A stretch of DNA of 64,000 bases from Acidimicrobiales bacterium (lineage in GTDB: Bacteria > Actinomycetota > Acidimicrobiia > Acidimicrobiales > WLNW01): NCBI GenBank assembly GCA_039934635.1, contig JBDTLT010000002.1, forward strand, positions 4,963 to 68,962. The letters are read 5' to 3'. Shown here piece after piece: positions 42,711 through 52,311 of the stretch (position 1 is the stretch's first letter; each line of letters begins with the position of its first letter). The notes beneath the pieces were generated by a model. That model saw only the letters and a program-made list of their open reading frames with translations. It searched no databases and was not told where the DNA came from. The translations under genes were made by a program, and so were the position numbers.

Positions 42711-44039
42711 TCAGGCGCGCACGGCACCCGTGACCGCCCAGGCATTGGTGACGAAGCGGCGGTACATCCCCCAGCAACGCGCGACCATGAACGCCACCAT
42801 CGCGGCCCAGAGCCAACCGATGCCGGCATCGAGGACGTCGACGGCTACGGCTAGCGGTACGAAGACGAGCAGCGCACCGGTCATCGCGAACGCGAGGTAG
42901 CGCAGATCGCCGGCGCCGATCAAGATCCCGTCGAGCGCGAACGCCACACCACTCAAGGGCTGTAGCAGCGCGAGGAACAACAACAAGAACGAGCTGAGGT
43001 TGCGAACCGCCTGGTCTTCGGTGAACACCACCGGGATCACGGTGCGCGTGGCGAAAACCGCCACGCCGAGCAACACGCCCACTGCGAGCGACCACTGCAC
43101 CATGCGCACGGCCGAGGCACGCGCGGCCGGTGCATGGCCGGCACCGAGGTGACGGGCGACGATCGATTGTCCCGCGATCGCGACGGCATCGAGCATCAAC
43201 GCCAGCAGCATCCACATGTTGAACGTGATCTGGTGCGCCGCGACTTCAGTCGACCCGAGGTGGCTGGCGACTGCCGTGCCGAGCACGAACGCGCCCCGCA
43301 GCGCCGCGGTGCGGATCAAAAGGTGACCGCCGACGCGTGCCAGTCGGGCGATGGCCGCGCGATCCGGTGTCAACGCGACGTCGAAGCCGCGAACGGCGCG
43401 CGCGATCCACCGCAGATAGCAGGCGGCCGCGAGCCATTGGGCCAATGTCGTGGACAGTGCCGACGCACCGACACCGAAGTCGAGGCCATAGATGAGTATC
43501 GCTTCGAAGACGAGGTTGAACAGCGCCGTGGCGAGCGCGACCCACAGCGGACGCCGGGTGTCCTGCTGGCCGCGGAGGTAGCCAACACCGGCGAGTGTGA
43601 TGAGCAGTGCCGGCAGCCCCGGCAGTGAGATACGCAAGTACACGAGCGCGTTGGTGCGTACGACGGGGTCGTCGGTGAACAGCGAGATCAGCGGGCGCGC
43701 GAGCGGCCACAGGCCGAGCGCGAGCACGACACCGGCGATGGTCGCCAGCCAGATGCCCTGGATTGCCTGGTGCGCCGCCTCGCGCGGTTGTCCGGCGCCG
43801 ATGAGGCGAGCGACCGACGCGGTGGTGCCGTACGCGAGGAAAATGAAGAGCGAGTAGGCGGTGAGCACGATGCCGGTGGCGACTGCGAAGCCGCTGAGTT
43901 GCGGCGTGCCGAGGTGACCGATGATCGCGGTGTCGGCGAGAACGTAGAGCGGTTCGGCGATGAGCGCACCGAGCGCGGGAACGGCCAGGCGGAAGATCTC
44001 TCGATCGTCATCGCCGATGCGCAACCGCAGGCGGTTCAC
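42711..44039 (-). CDS. MATE family efflux transporter (DinF-like)
   Basis: The GTG at 44039 overlaps the upstream permease stop (GTGA). REIFRLAVPALGALIAEPLYVLADTAIIGHLG is a typical MATE N-terminus. 12 TM. Confidence 0.88.
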   Translation of the reverse strand: MNRLRLRIGDDDREIFRLAVPALGALIAEPLYVLADTAIIGHLGTPQLSGFAVATGIVLTAYSLFIFLAYGTTASVARLIGAGQPREAAHQAIQGIWLATIAGVVLALGLWPLARPLISLFTDDPVVRTNALVYLRISLPGLPALLITLAGVGYLRGQQDTRRPLWVALATALFNLVFEAILIYGLDFGVGASALSTTLAQWLAAACYLRWIARAVRGFDVALTPDRAAIARLARVGGHLLIRTAALRGAFVLGTAVASHLGSTEVAAHQITFNMWMLLALMLDAVAIAGQSIVARHLGAGHAPAARASAVRMVQWSLAVGVLLGVAVFATRTVIPVVFTEDQAVRNLSSFLLLFLALLQPLSGVAFALDGILIGAGDLRYLAFAMTGALLVFVPLAVAVDVLDAGIGWLWAAMVAFMVARCWGMYRRFVTNAWAVTGAVRA

Positions 44040-44746
44040 GCCACGTCGTGCCGATGGAGCCGGTTGGCGACGTAGGCAAACGCCACGAGGCTCACCACGA
44101 TCGGGATCACGACCGCGAACACCGACGAGATGTCGGCGTCTCTGATCGAAACGCCGGAGATCTTGGACAGAACCGACCGGGTGTAGGCGCTCAATGCAAA
44201 CCGGCGCACGCTGTGACCGGCGCGCGCGACGAACTGTTCCCAGATGAAGATGTAGAGCAGTCCCCAGATGAGCGATCGCTTTGCTCGTAGGCCGAGCGCC
44301 GTGAACGCACCCGTGTAGGCGAGAGCACCGACGATGGTCGCGATGACCGACCCGAGGATGGCATCGGAGTCGAGTTGTGCCGCGATTGCTGTCGCCACGA
44401 GGGGCAGGGCGACAAGTGGAATGACGATCGTCAGCGTCGACAGCATGGCGCTGGCGGCGAGGCGCCAGCGGGGAACATCGCGTAGCCACAGATAGACGAG
44501 CGTCTGATCTTCGGCGAGGTCGCCGAAGGTCGCCGACGCGAAAATGAGCGTCGTCACGGGCAACACCACCGCCAGCCCGAAAGCGTTGACGAAGTTGATG
44601 CGATCGCTGATCGTCACGTCGTCGGCCACGCCCATCAGCGCGCCGACGAGGATGCTCGCCGCGCCCAAGGCGCCGAGCGCCAGCACGCGCGCGCGGTTGA
44701 ACTGCAGGCGCAGCATCACGTCGTAGAGGGCGCCAAATGTGGTCAT
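44036..44746 (-). CDS. ABC-2-type transporter permease
   Basis: 236-aa, 6-TM ORF. The ATGA overlap with the upstream ATPase gene at 44743-44746 indicates coupling. Confidence 0.7.
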   Translation of the reverse strand: MTTFGALYDVMLRLQFNRARVLALGALGAASILVGALMGVADDVTISDRINFVNAFGLAVVLPVTTLIFASATFGDLAEDQTLVYLWLRDVPRWRLAASAMLSTLTIVIPLVALPLVATAIAAQLDSDAILGSVIATIVGALAYTGAFTALGLRAKRSLIWGLLYIFIWEQFVARAGHSVRRFALSAYTRSVLSKISGVSIRDADISSVFAVVIPIVVSLVAFAYVANRLHRHDVA

Positions 44747-45738
44747 CGCCGCGCCTCGACGAGGTAGCGGAACACCGATTCGAGATCGTCGTCGAGGCCG
44801 CGCACTTCGAACAGCCGCGCATTCTCTTCTTTTGCAATCTGCGCAACGACGCGGCGGAAGGTGCCGATCTCGTCCGTGTCGACGATCACTGCATCATCTT
44901 CGATTCGTACGGCCAGGGCCACCGAAGTCGCGACGAGCCGGCTGGCGATGGCGCGTGGGCGATCGCTGCGCACGAGGATCTGTAGCGGTCGATCATCCAT
45001 CAGCTCGCGGATGGCCCGGAAGTCGCCTTCGGCGGCGAGGCGGCCTTGCACGATGACGAGCACGCGCGAACCGAACCGTTCGACCTCGTCGAGCACGTGG
45101 CTCGACACGACCACGCATTTGCCTTGCTGGCCGAGCGAATGCACGAGATCGATGATGTGTACGCGCTGGCGCGGATCGAGACCGGTGAGCGGCTCGTCCA
45201 ACACGAGCACCGCAGGGTCGTGCACCACCGCTTGCGCAATTTTGACGCGCTGGCGCATGCCTTTCGAATAGGAGGCGAGGCGGCGGGTGTCGTGCGGGTC
45301 GAGTTCGACCAGCCCGAGTGCGTGGGTTGCCGCGGCCGCCGGATCTTCGCAACGGTGCAAGATCGCCGCCAACTGCACGAACTCGAACGCGGTCTGTACG
45401 TCGAAGAGCGACTCTTGTTGGGGTACGAGGCCGAGCCGACGGGCCAAGTCGGTGTCGCGTCGTGGATCGCGGCCGAGGACGCGAATGGTGCCTTGCGCCG
45501 GTGCGGTCAAGCCGCAGAGCATGCGGATGAGCGTGGACTTGCCCGCCCCGTTGGGGCCGAGCAGTGCCGTTACGCCGGGCCCGATGGCGAAGCTGACGTC
45601 GGAGACGGCGACGAGATCGCCGAACCACTTCGAGACGTGGTCGGCCACGATCAACGGCGGCGGGGGCGGCGGCGGTAGATCAGGCGGCGGAGGGGGCGGG
45701 GGTGGTGGCGGGGGTGGTGGCGGAGCGATCGAGGTCAT
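44743..45738 (-). CDS. ABC transporter ATP-binding protein with poly-proline N-terminus
   Basis: The ATG at 45738 overlaps the upstream permease stop (ATGA). Walker A GPNGAGKSTL, signature YSKGMRQR, Walker B VLVLDEP. Confidence 0.92.
   Translation of the reverse strand: MTSIAPPPPPPPPPPPPPPDLPPPPPPPLIVADHVSKWFGDLVAVSDVSFAIGPGVTALLGPNGAGKSTLIRMLCGLTAPAQGTIRVLGRDPRRDTDLARRLGLVPQQESLFDVQTAFEFVQLAAILHRCEDPAAAATHALGLVELDPHDTRRLASYSKGMRQRVKIAQAVVHDPAVLVLDEPLTGLDPRQRVHIIDLVHSLGQQGKCVVVSSHVLDEVERFGSRVLVIVQGRLAAEGDFRAIRELMDDRPLQILVRSDRPRAIASRLVATSVALAVRIEDDAVIVDTDEIGTFRRVVAQIAKEENARLFEVRGLDDDLESVFRYLVEARR
45655..45723 (-). other. Poly-proline coding tract (14 Pro, Asp-Leu, 7 Pro) that forms a G5-run tract on the + strand
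   Basis: Manual translation: atg acc tcg atc gct, then 14 CCN codons, gat cta, then 7 CCN codons. The + strand reads ..ggcgggggcggcggcggtagatcaggcggcggagggggcgggggtggtggcgggggtgg.. Confidence 0.92.
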
Positions 45739-46625
45739 TTGGTCACCGCGATCCGGCGATAACGCCACCACACGAACGTGGCGAAGACGAATGTCCATGC
45801 CACGTTGGCGCCGATGGTCACCGCCGCAGGGAGGTCGTTGAGCCGCTCGAGCTTGGGGTCGTTGTCGGTGGTGGCCTCGCCGAAGATGCGGGCGACCGAC
45901 AGGAACGGTAGACGGAAGAAATCGAACAGCTCGTAGTAGATCGAGTGGTCGAGGCCGAACACCACGTTTTGGACCAAGATCAGCGAACCGAAGAGCGTGA
46001 GAATGATCACCGCCGAGGCCGCGGCCTTGCGGGTCGTGGTACTCGAAATCGCCAGTGAGAGTGTGGTGTGCAATCCGCCGATGCAAAGTCCCCCGGCAAT
46101 GATGCGCCCGAGCGTGGCCAACCACTGCAGCGGTGAGTCAGGGCCTTGCCCGAGGATCGTGTACGACAACAAGAGCAACAGCAACGGCCCGATCGTCACG
46201 AGCGACAAGATTGCGAGGACCGCAGCCGCCTTTGACAGCAGGTAGGTGTTGCGATCGAGCGGCGACGCGAGGTACATCCCGAGTAGGCCCGACCGGCGAT
46301 CGGGACAGAGCAGTTCGGGCGTGACGAACGCGCTGAAGACGAGGATGGCGGCCGTGACGTACCCGAAGTAGCCGGCGTAGCTCGGCAACACATCGTTGTC
46401 GAGGACGAAGCCTTTGAAGAGGGCCACCATGCCGATGAAAACGACGGCGGGGATATACGCCAACAAGATGGTCAGTACCGGCAGCACCTTCGCACCGTGG
46501 CGCCGCTTGATGCCGAGCGCGTGGCGCATGCTGTGCAGCGCGACGGTGCGCATCGCGCCGAGCACGCCGCCGCGGGGACCGTCGTAGGCCCGATAGCTGC
46601 GATCGAGTATTCGGGCGTCGGTCAT
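45735..46625 (-). CDS. ABC-2-like transporter permease
   Basis: 296 aa, about 6 TM. Its start overlaps the upstream ATPase stop (TGATG at 46623-46627). Confidence 0.7.
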   Translation of the reverse strand: MTDARILDRSYRAYDGPRGGVLGAMRTVALHSMRHALGIKRRHGAKVLPVLTILLAYIPAVVFIGMVALFKGFVLDNDVLPSYAGYFGYVTAAILVFSAFVTPELLCPDRRSGLLGMYLASPLDRNTYLLSKAAAVLAILSLVTIGPLLLLLLSYTILGQGPDSPLQWLATLGRIIAGGLCIGGLHTTLSLAISSTTTRKAAASAVIILTLFGSLILVQNVVFGLDHSIYYELFDFFRLPFLSVARIFGEATTDNDPKLERLNDLPAAVTIGANVAWTFVFATFVWWRYRRIAVTK

Positions 46626-47563
46626 CAGTGCACCCCGGTGGGGGCGCGGTCGGGATCGAGCAACTCGAGGAATGCATCTTCGAGCGATCGGCGCCGCCGT
46701 TCGAGGCGCTTGATGCCCGCGCCGGCAGTGGCGACCACATCGCGAATCGTGTCGAGTTGCGCATCGTCGACGACCTCGACGATGAGCCGCGTGCCATCAC
46801 GACTGATCGACAAACCGGCGCGTTCGAGGCCGCCCATCACGGCGTCGACATCACCCACGACGTCGACGAGATAGGCGTCGCGGTCGGATTGCAGTTCGCT
46901 GAGTGGCGCGTTGGCGACCACGACGCCACCGCCGATGATCACGACCGCGTCGCATACCCGCTCGACTTCTTCCAGCAAGTGCGAGGACAACAAGACATCG
47001 ATGTTGAACTCGAGCGCGCACCGGCGGATGAGCTCGAGCATCTGGTCACGTTGCATCGGGTCGAGCCCATCGGTGGGCTCGTCGAGCAGCACCAATTGCG
47101 GATCATGGGCGATGGCTTGGGCCAACTTGACGCGTTGCTTCTGCCCCGTCGACATGGTGCCGATCGGCCGGAAGCGCTCCTCGCCGAGGCCGACGGCATA
47201 GAGCGCATCGCTGGCGCGGTTGGTGGCATCGCGACGAGGCAGGCCGTGGAGCTCGGCGATGTGGCGGACCAGATCGAACGCCTGTACGTCTGCCGGCAAC
47301 ACGTGATGTTCGGGCGAGTAACCGAGGCGCTCGCGCACGTGCGCTCCCGCGCTCATCGGATCGAGACCGAAGACCTCGAGGGTTCCCTGGTCGGGTCGGT
47401 GGAGGCCGAGGATCATGCCGAGCAGTGTGGTCTTGCCCGCGCCGTTGGCGCCGAGCAGGCCAGTGACCCCGTGCCGCACGACGAACGTCGCCCCATCGAG
47501 CGCGGTGGTCGAACCCCACTTCTTGACGACACCCTGGCCACTGATGATGGTGTCGGGACTCAT
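46625..47563 (-). CDS. ABC transporter ATP-binding protein
   Basis: 312 aa. Walker A GANGAGKTTL, signature MSTGQKQR, Walker B LVLLDEP. First gene of the five-gene operon. Confidence 0.93.
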   Translation of the reverse strand: MSPDTIISGQGVVKKWGSTTALDGATFVVRHGVTGLLGANGAGKTTLLGMILGLHRPDQGTLEVFGLDPMSAGAHVRERLGYSPEHHVLPADVQAFDLVRHIAELHGLPRRDATNRASDALYAVGLGEERFRPIGTMSTGQKQRVKLAQAIAHDPQLVLLDEPTDGLDPMQRDQMLELIRRCALEFNIDVLLSSHLLEEVERVCDAVVIIGGGVVVANAPLSELQSDRDAYLVDVVGDVDAVMGGLERAGLSISRDGTRLIVEVVDDAQLDTIRDVVATAGAGIKRLERRRRSLEDAFLELLDPDRAPTGVH

Positions 47564-47699
47564 GCGCTGACGATCGTACGGCCCTCGCAGCGTGTCGCGA
47601 GGGCAGAGAGGGTGACTCCGCTCGAACGGTCGCTCGGGCCGGAGGGTTTTCAGGTGGTGGCGAGGACCGGCTGGTGGTCGCGGGGCCGGTCGGCGTCGA

Positions 47700-48092
47700 T
47701 GCGTTGTGTACGCCCCAGGCCATCAGGGCCACGCCGATCTGGTGGCCGGCGAAGACCCAGCCGTACGCGACGGCGGCGCGGTCGCGTGAGCAGACCCGCG
47801 GCGGTCGTCTCGTCGATTTGGTGATCGCGGGCGGCCGAGATGAAATGGGTTTGGATCAACCCGTTGGTCGACAAGCCGCAGATGAAGCTGCCGAACAACA
47901 ACCAGAACGCGCCGCTCGTGGGCGTGCGCCGTCATCTGCGTCGTGCCGACTGCACCGAGGGAGATCGTGAGCAGTGCCCGCCACCACCTGGCGCAGGCCG
48001 TCGCGGGCCTGGAGGGCCGCCGCGAACGGACCTATCAGGCCGAAGGCAACGCCGAAGACGACCCAGGCGTAGTGACGGCGGCCGGTTCTCAC
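47700..48092 (-). pseudogene. Degraded MFS-transporter remnant (frameshifted and internally deleted)
   Basis: MFS-like peptides occur in three different minus-strand frames within about 400 bp: [22 protein letters not shown]; LFGSFICGLSTNGLIQTHFISAARDHQIDETTAAGLL; AAVAYGWVFAGHQIGVALMAWG. No intact ORF spans them. Confidence 0.4.
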
Positions 48093-48153
48093 GGGCCGCG
48101 ATCCTATGGATTCGTTGACGGGATCGATCCGGTTTTCGAATAGCCTCCGGCCC

Positions 48154-49839
48154 ATGGGTGAGGCAAACGTCAAGATCCGTTCGAACGATGTGACCGAAGG
48201 GTTCCGCAAGGCACCGGCTCGCGCGATGTTGCGGGCCATCGGCATGACCGACGACGACTGGGACAAGCCCCAGGTCGCCGTGGCGTCGTCGTGGAACGAG
48301 GTGACGCCCTGCAATCTCCCACTCGCCCGGTTGGCCAAGCGCTCCAAAGAGGGCGTGCGGGCGGCCGGAGGGTTCCCGATCGAGTTCACCACTATCGCAG
48401 TGAGCGATGGCATTTCGATGGGCCACGAGGGGATGCGCGGTTCGTTGGTGTCGCGCGAGATCATCGCCGACTCCATCGAGTGCGTGATGCACGCCGAGCG
48501 ATTCGACGCGATGGTCACCAATGCCGGTTGTGACAAGTCGCTACCGGGCATGTTGATGGCCGCGGCGCGACTCAATCTGCCCGCGGTGTTCCTCTACGGC
48601 GGGTCGATCCTCCCCGGCAATCACAACGGCCAGGTGCTCGACATCGTGTCGGTGTTCGAAGCAGTCGGCGCGTGTGCCGCCGGTACCATCACCGAAGAGC
48701 AGTTGGGTCAGATCGAGCGCAAGGCGTGCCCGAGCGAAGGCTCGTGTGCCGGCATGTTCACCGCCAACACGATGGCGGCAGTGGCCGAAGCGTTGGGCAT
48801 GTCGTTGCCCGGCAGCGCGTCGCCGCCCGCGCCCGATCGTCGCCGAGATGACTTCGCATACGACAGTGGCCGGGCGGTGGTGCACTTGCTCGAGCGCAAC
48901 ATCCGGCCGCGTCAGATCCTGACGAAGGCCGCGTTCGAAAACGCGATCGCGGTGGTCAACGCACTCGGTGGCTCGACGAATGCAGTACTACATCTCCTCG
49001 CGATCGCGCACGAGGCGCAGGTCGATCTCGATCTCGACGATTTCAACCGCGTCGCGGCGCGTGTGCCCCACATCGCCGACATGAAGCCGGGCGGCAAGTT
49101 CCATATGATCGATCTCGATCGCGTGGGTGGCGTGCCGATGGTGCTCAAGCACCTGCTCGACGCCGGTCTCCTGCACGGTGACTGCATGACGGTCACGGGC
49201 AAGACGATGGCCGAAAATCTCGCCGAGATCGATCCGCCGGCACCCGACGGCATCGTCGTGTATCCCGTCAGCCAGCCCATCGATGTCGAGGGCGGCCTCA
49301 ACGTGCTCACGGGCTCACTGGCGCCCAAGGGTGCAGTGGTCAAGGTGGCGGGCCTCTCGCACGACCAGCGCGTGTTCGAGGGCCCGGCACGTGTGTTCGA
49401 AGGCGAAGACAGCGCGATGGACGCCATCCTGGCGGGGTCGATCGAACCGGGCACGGTCATCGTCATCCGCTACGAAGGCCCCAAGGGGGGGCCCGGCATG
49501 CGCGAGATGTTGGCGGTCACCGGCGCGCTCAAGGGCGTGGGTCGCGGCCACGATTGTGCGCTCATCACCGACGGTCGTTTCAGTGGCGGCACTTGGGGTT
49601 TCTGCATCGGCCACGTGGCGCCCGAAGCGGTCGACGGTGGTCCGATCGCCTTCGTCGCAGACGGCGACCTCATTCGCGTCGACGTGCCCAACCTGCGACT
49701 CGATCTCGTCGTCGACGACGCGACGATCGCGCAACGCAAGGCCGACTGGAAGCTGCCCGAGCCGCGCTATACGTCGGGCTTCCTCGCCAAATATGCCAAG
49801 TTGGCGCAGGGCGCCGAAAAGGGTGCGATCACCCTGTGA
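48154..49839 (+). CDS. ilvD: Dihydroxy-acid dehydratase
   Basis: ATG at 48154 in ORF 48106..49839 ([28 protein letters not shown]..). Motifs [14 protein letters not shown] and [16 protein letters not shown]. Confidence 0.96.
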   Translation: MGEANVKIRSNDVTEGFRKAPARAMLRAIGMTDDDWDKPQVAVASSWNEVTPCNLPLARLAKRSKEGVRAAGGFPIEFTTIAVSDGISMGHEGMRGSLVSREIIADSIECVMHAERFDAMVTNAGCDKSLPGMLMAAARLNLPAVFLYGGSILPGNHNGQVLDIVSVFEAVGACAAGTITEEQLGQIERKACPSEGSCAGMFTANTMAAVAEALGMSLPGSASPPAPDRRRDDFAYDSGRAVVHLLERNIRPRQILTKAAFENAIAVVNALGGSTNAVLHLLAIAHEAQVDLDLDDFNRVAARVPHIADMKPGGKFHMIDLDRVGGVPMVLKHLLDAGLLHGDCMTVTGKTMAENLAEIDPPAPDGIVVYPVSQPIDVEGGLNVLTGSLAPKGAVVKVAGLSHDQRVFEGPARVFEGEDSAMDAILAGSIEPGTVIVIRYEGPKGGPGMREMLAVTGALKGVGRGHDCALITDGRFSGGTWGFCIGHVAPEAVDGGPIAFVADGDLIRVDVPNLRLDLVVDDATIAQRKADWKLPEPRYTSGFLAKYAKLAQGAEKGAITL

Positions 49840-50422
49840 TGCCGCGTTCGGCGCCGCCGTCGCGTAACCATTCTTCATAGCGATCAGGGTCGGACCACGC
49901 ACCGGTGCGGCGGTCGAACGCGCGGGCCGCGGACGCCATCCATTGGGTGCTGCCGGCGCGAGCTTCGCTCGACGACACGAGGACATGCGCGGCGTCGACG
50001 ATCAACGAGTGCTCGGGTGGCACCGTGAATGGTGGTCGCGGCGCGATCGCGAGCGCCGGTAGCGCGGCGAGCGCGGCGTCACGCGCATCGGGATCGTCGC
50101 CGTAGTACGCGGCGTCGTTCACTTGAGCCCACTTGTCGGCCCCCATCACCAGCACGTCGTAGCCGCACGCGATATCGACCAACAATCGGGCATCGGTGAT
50201 GTCGACGTCGAGCCAGCGGTGACGAGCGGCCTCGGCGCGCAGCACCTCGACGCGGTGTTCGAACAATGGCCGATCGATGTGTTCCTTGTTGATCGGGGAG
50301 CGCGACAACACGAGCACGATCCGATCCAGTGACCGTTGCTCTCGGGCCGCGGTGGCGATGGCGATGTGCGCAATGGTCGGGGGGTTGAACGACCCCGGAT
50401 ACACGCCCACGCGCTCGGCCAC
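49829..50422 (-). CDS. Cytidylyltransferase-fold nucleotidyltransferase (NadD/NMNAT-like)
   Basis: 197 aa. N-terminal [17 protein letters not shown] ((H/T)xxH nucleotidyltransferase motif). GTG start. Its 3' end overlaps ilvD by 11 nt. Confidence 0.65.
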   Translation of the reverse strand: MAERVGVYPGSFNPPTIAHIAIATAAREQRSLDRIVLVLSRSPINKEHIDRPLFEHRVEVLRAEAARHRWLDVDITDARLLVDIACGYDVLVMGADKWAQVNDAAYYGDDPDARDAALAALPALAIAPRPPFTVPPEHSLIVDAAHVLVSSSEARAGSTQWMASAARAFDRRTGAWSDPDRYEEWLRDGGAERGITG

Positions 50423-50446
50423 GCGGACAGGCTACGTTCATCTTCC

Positions 50447-50977
50447 ATGACAGTGGAGAATTCCAGTGCGAGCGCATCTGCGATCGAGTTCTCGTCGCGG
50501 GGCAACACTCGCTGGATCGTGGTGCGGGGTCCGCTCGGTCGCGCCTTCGACCGCTGGCTGGTGCGCCTGACGGGGTTTTCGGTGATCACGTGGCAGTACT
50601 CCAAGGCCGGTGGCAACCCCTATCAACCGACGCTCCTGCTCACGACCATCGGGCGCAAATCGGGTCAATTGCGCCCGCGCGCGCTGCCGTATTACCCCGA
50701 CGAAGGCGGCCGTATGGTCGTCATCGGCTCGAATGGTGGCGGTCCTCGCGACCCCGACTGGGTGGGCAACGTGCGGGCCAATTCGGCGGCGTGGGTCTGT
50801 GTTCGCCGCAAGCGCCACGCCGTGCGCGCGCACGTTGCTGCGGGGGCGGAACGCCAACGCATCTTCGATCAGATCACCGCGACACGCGACTCGCTATCGC
50901 GCTACCAACAAAGGGCTTCGACGTTCGGTCGCGAGGTTCCGTTGGTGGTACTGGAACCGATCGAAGAAGTGCGTTAG
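50447..50977 (+). CDS. Deazaflavin(F420)-dependent nitroreductase/quinone-reductase family (Ddn-like)
   Basis: ATG at 50447 in ORF 50336..50977. ..LLLTTIGRKSGQLRPRALPYYPDEGGRMVVIGSNGGGPRDPDWVGNVRAN.. matches the Ddn-like split-barrel family pattern. Confidence 0.72.
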   Translation: MTVENSSASASAIEFSSRGNTRWIVVRGPLGRAFDRWLVRLTGFSVITWQYSKAGGNPYQPTLLLTTIGRKSGQLRPRALPYYPDEGGRMVVIGSNGGGPRDPDWVGNVRANSAAWVCVRRKRHAVRAHVAAGAERQRIFDQITATRDSLSRYQQRASTFGREVPLVVLEPIEEVR

Positions 50978-52221
50978 CTGACGGGCGCGGGGTTCTTCTT
51001 CGCGCCAGGCGTGTACTTGACCGGCAGGTGCTTGACGCCGCCGATGAAGTTGGAGCGCAACATCGAAGGCTCGGCCGTCATCGTCATGTCGGGGATGCGT
51101 TCGAGAATCTCGCGGAAGATCAGTTGCAGTTCCATACGGGCCAAGTTGGCGCCGAGGCAGAAGTGCGCGCCGCCGCCACCGAACGCGATGTGCTCGTTGG
51201 GCGACCGCGTGATGTCGAACGTGAACGGATCGTCGAAAACCTCTTCGTCGCGATTGGCCGAGGTGTGCCAGATGACGACCTTGTCGCCCTGTTTGAACTC
51301 CTGGCCGCGGAACTCGGTGTCGGCGAGGGCAGTGCGCCGGAAGTGGTACACCGGAGTGGCCCAGCGCAAGATTTCTTCGATCGCGGTGTCGAGCGACGCG
51401 TCGAGATTGTTGCTCAGCTCTTTGTATTGCTCGGGGTTCTCCATCAGCGCCCACATGCCCCACGCGGTGGTGTTGCGGGTGGTCTCGTTGCCCGCCACCG
51501 TGAGCAGCATCATGAACATGTCGAATTCGATCTCGGAGAGCCGGTCGCCCTCGACCTCGGCGTTGATGAGCTTGGTCACGATGTCGTCACGCGGATCGGT
51601 CTTGCGCTTCTTGGCCAACTCGTTGACGTACATGTAGAGCTCCATCGACGCATTCATGCCGTCGTCGCCCTTCGCGTACTCGGGGTCGTCGACACCGATC
51701 ATGCGGTTGGACCAGTCGAAGAGGAGCTTGCGGTCTTCTTGCGGCACGCCCATGATCTCGGCGATCGCCTGCAGCGGCAGCTCGCTCGCGAGGTCTTCGA
51801 CGAAGTCGCACGAACCGCGCTCGATGATGTTGTCGACGATGAGGATGGCGCGGTGCTCGAGGTACTTCTCGAGCAAACCGATCATGCGGGGAGTGAACCC
51901 CTTGTTGACCAACAGCCGGTAGCGGGTGTGCTTGGGCGGGTCCATGTACAGCATCATCAGACCGCGCGGATCGACGCCGCCCTGCTCGCCGAATTCGCCC
52001 GGGTCGAGGATGCTCACGCCGCCCGCCTCGGACGAATAGGTCGCGGTGTCGCGGTTGATGGCGATCAGGTCGCCATGGCGAACGACGTTCCAGAAGCCCT
52101 TGCCACCGGGAAGGTCGTGCCACGACACGGGGTCCTCGGCCCGCAGCCGCTTGAACATCTCGTGGTGCTGGAGCTTTTGGAAACGGTCGAGATCGAGCAG
52201 GTCGATGCCGGGCAGTGCCAT
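50974..52221 (-). CDS. Cytochrome P450, CYP125-like (steroid/lipid terminal hydroxylase family)
   Basis: ATG at 52221 in ORF 50974..52674. Heme loop FGGGGAHFCLGANLAR, AGNETTRN I-helix, EILRWATPV K-helix. Long stretches resemble mycobacterial CYP125 as I recall it. Confidence 0.9.
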   Translation of the reverse strand: MALPGIDLLDLDRFQKLQHHEMFKRLRAEDPVSWHDLPGGKGFWNVVRHGDLIAINRDTATYSSEAGGVSILDPGEFGEQGGVDPRGLMMLYMDPPKHTRYRLLVNKGFTPRMIGLLEKYLEHRAILIVDNIIERGSCDFVEDLASELPLQAIAEIMGVPQEDRKLLFDWSNRMIGVDDPEYAKGDDGMNASMELYMYVNELAKKRKTDPRDDIVTKLINAEVEGDRLSEIEFDMFMMLLTVAGNETTRNTTAWGMWALMENPEQYKELSNNLDASLDTAIEEILRWATPVYHFRRTALADTEFRGQEFKQGDKVVIWHTSANRDEEVFDDPFTFDITRSPNEHIAFGGGGAHFCLGANLARMELQLIFREILERIPDMTMTAEPSMLRSNFIGGVKHLPVKYTPGAKKNPAPVS

Positions 52222-52311
52222 GAGAGCCTCCGGGGGCCGGTCAAACTTCGAGTCTAGGGCCCGGGTGCCCCACGGCACACCCGCGTGGGTTGGGTGCGCC
52301 ATAGTTGGCGC

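Noticed and set aside
42711-47563. ABC/ABC-2/MATE operon as part of a bacteriocin/lantibiotic immunity or biosynthetic gene cluster
   Set aside because: No precursor peptide, modification enzyme, PKS/NRPS or regulator is adjacent. The flanks are housekeeping genes (gatCAB, ilvD).
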